Below are positions 61,741-64,000 of a DNA stretch of 64,000 nt, piece after piece. The notes under the pieces were generated by a model. That model made no database searches. It was not told the DNA's origin and saw nothing but the letters and a program-made list of their open reading frames with translations. A program made the position numbers and the translations under genes. Source of the stretch: Camelus ferus (Eukaryota); assembly GCF_009834535.1 (NCBI RefSeq), contig NC_045697.1, positions 3,040,001 through 3,104,000 of the forward strand. Direction: 5' to 3'. Within the stretch, counting starts at the first letter, position 1, and every line of letters starts with the position of its first letter.

Positions 61741-64000
61741 CCAGAGAGCAAAGGCTGACGGGTGAACAGGTGGACAAGGGGTGTCTGTCGGCCCGAGGCC
61801 TGGGGGCCACGTCCAGGGGAGTGGCCCAAGGTCCTCTCTGACTGCTCGGCAGAGGCAGGGCTAACGGGCAGTGGAGCTGCAGTTTCTGGAGCCCGCCTCC
61901 GCCAGGCCCTGAGGCTAAGTGCACACCTGAGTTTGCTCAAGCAGAAAAAGCCCAGGTTGTAGGAATGTGCCTGGAAACCAAGGCAGTTAAAGACGCTCTC
62001 CTTTGTTTAGACTCATCCAACCGGTCTGATGAGAACCTGGTAGACTGATGGTGATGGATGGGTGGGTGTGTCTGAGAGCTGGATCTGCCCCCGCACCCAG
62101 GACTTTAGGGCCTCTGAGGTGAGACCCAGCACCGAAAAGGAGCAGTCCTCAAAGGCCAAGTGGCAGGCAGGGATTTCGGGGGGGGAGGGAGGAGGGGTCC
62201 ACAGCGGAGAGTAGGGCAGGCCAGTGGAGTCGGCCAACGTGGAAGGAGTAGGCAGCTGGGAGGAAGTGTGGCAGGGAAGGTGAGAGCTGGGACTTAGATC
62301 CAGGGATGCAAACAGCTCACATTGTCCCTGGAAGAGGGTGAGAGATAGGCCCATCCTGCTGTCCTGCCCTCATGAGCTGAGAGCCAGAGGAGATCAGGAC
62401 TCAGTAATGAGGAACAGGGCATGGCCTGGGGCCTGATTGGCTAGTGCAATCCAGGAGAACACCCTGGAGGAGGGGACATTTGAGACTGGACCTGGAGAAT
62501 GAGGAGGAGCTGCTGTGTGAAGCTGGGGGAAAGAGAAAAGAAAAGAGTCTGGCACGTTCCAGAACCTTTAGATGCCCATCACGGAGCAAGGCGGAGGTGG
62601 CAGAGGTGGGCAAGTGACAGGGGGCCTCCAGGACACTTGGCAGCCCTGTCACTTCACCTCTCAGAGCTCTGTCCCGTGATAGAGAGCTCTGGCCCTCGCC
62701 AGGCACAGAAGGCGCTTCACAGATGGCAGCAGCCATTGTCGTGATGACAATGCCACTATGGTGATGATGTCGCTCCTGTGAAGTGGGCGGGCACTCCAGA
62801 GCTTAGACCCAGCTCAGCAGGACTCACCTCTGCAGACAGGGCCTCCGCCTGCTGTGTCATGGGTCAGGAATGCACCGTGGGACCCAGTCCTCAGAAGAAG
62901 CGCAGCCCCTCGCTGGCCCAGAGTCACAGGCTGAGTGGGTCTGAAGCCGGAGCCCACCGGGGGCCAGGCAGCAGCTGGCGGGCTGCAACGGAGCATCTGA
63001 GCTTGGTGAGGTGCAGGGAGGTGGGTGCTGGGTGCGCCCTGCAGGGGAAGTAAGCCAGGCCAGTCCCAGAGCACCCACCCCATGGCTGCATGCCCTCAGG
63101 TGAGACACGTGACTTCTCTGAGCCTGGGTTTCCTGAAGCTGTAAGATGAGCAAGAGAATCTCAGGGCAGGTGAAGATGGTAGCAAATGTCCTAGAGTCTC
63201 TGGCTGTAGCCTGGCCTGTGGTCCTCCATCAGTGCTGGAGAACTGTGGGCATCAGATTCCGAACTGGGGTCCCTAAGTAGTTCTTAGGGCATCCACAGGG
63301 CCCTGATCCTCAACACCAAGTGTGTAGGAGTGTGCATGTTTCCAAGATGGATCACTTCGTCTATGTGTCTGAGGGTCCACGACCACAAACGGACAGCATG
63401 GATGGCCCAGCCTTGGTGTGGACAGGCCTCGGTGGGCCCTTCTGCCAAGGGAAGGGGGGACCCCAGCTCTGTGGCCCTGCCTGTCTGAATGCCCAGTCAT
63501 CTTGAGGACCTGCAGGCGGCAGCTTCTCAGGAAGAGCCCTGGACTCCTAACCAGAAGGTTCGAATATGCCGCTTTTGGGCTGTGTGACACAGGGGATGTC
63601 ACAGCCCCGTCTGCAGCCATCTGCATCCTCTGAGCACCACTGCCTCGCACACACTCTCTTCCCGCCCAGGTGTGAGCGCATCTGCGCACCTGGCCCAGTG
63701 CTGGCTGGTTCCCAGCCAACGTTCCTCTGCTGAGCTCTCGCTGCCAGCGGAGGTTAGTGGTTACTGAGTCCTGTCTTCAGGGAACCCTTGCCAGTGGAGG
63801 CGGGTTACAAGGGTAAGTTAGATCATCTCTCTTAGAAACTACCCTATGGCTGTTAAGATACTGGGAGAAACATCATTAAGGCTTTGCGAAGCATCAAGGC
63901 TTCCAGGTTCCGAGACCCACAAATGAACTTAATTGCCTTCTGACCCACCCGCCCATCATGTGTGAGGTCTCTGTGGGGTGGGAGCAGTCTAGTCTGGTTT

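Noticed and set aside
1..64000. Hundreds of 60-320 aa ORFs in the six-frame track (e.g. 11319-12215, 35911-36834, 58291-59067)
   Set aside because: Pro/Gly/Arg/Ala-rich translations expected from stop-poor GC-rich intronic DNA, with no recognisable domains. Only the segments overlapping ABLIM2 exons are supported.
56273..64000. Final ABLIM2 coding exon (RHLS.EEF...KKKALLF-type headpiece end)
   Set aside because: No matching coding sequence found by eye; it presumably lies beyond the window.
1..64000. CRISPR arrays, operons or other prokaryote-type systems
   Set aside because: No repeat-spacer array or gene-dense coding blocks; the sequence is mammalian intron/exon DNA.

Overview
GC-rich eutherian (mammalian) genomic DNA lying entirely inside one gene, ABLIM2 (actin-binding LIM protein 2), on the + strand. 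The tRNA-Ala-derived SINEs suggest a camelid. Fifteen coding exons can be read between 3782 and 56272, all with AG/GT boundaries. They splice into an open 1182-nt (394-aa) frame covering the C-terminal part of LIM4, the Ser/Pro-rich dematin-like middle region and the first half of the villin headpiece. The 5' exons and the last coding exon are outside the window. An intron hosts the pre-miR-95 hairpin (41221-41301), formed by two tail-to-tail LINE-2 ends. Notable splicing features: an 8-nt microexon that acts as a phase adaptor for the headpiece exon, a rare GAG acceptor, a CAGCAGAAG tandem acceptor, and frame-symmetric cassette exons flanked by RBFOX, MBNL, QKI and CELF-type motifs. The rest is intronic and holds L1, L2, MIR, MLT1/MLT2/MER21-like LTRs, a cluster of ERV1-like LTRs and microsatellites. 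Almost all ORFs in the supplied track are spurious. I found no evidence for a wholly new biological system. Repeat names and boundaries are by eye and approximate.
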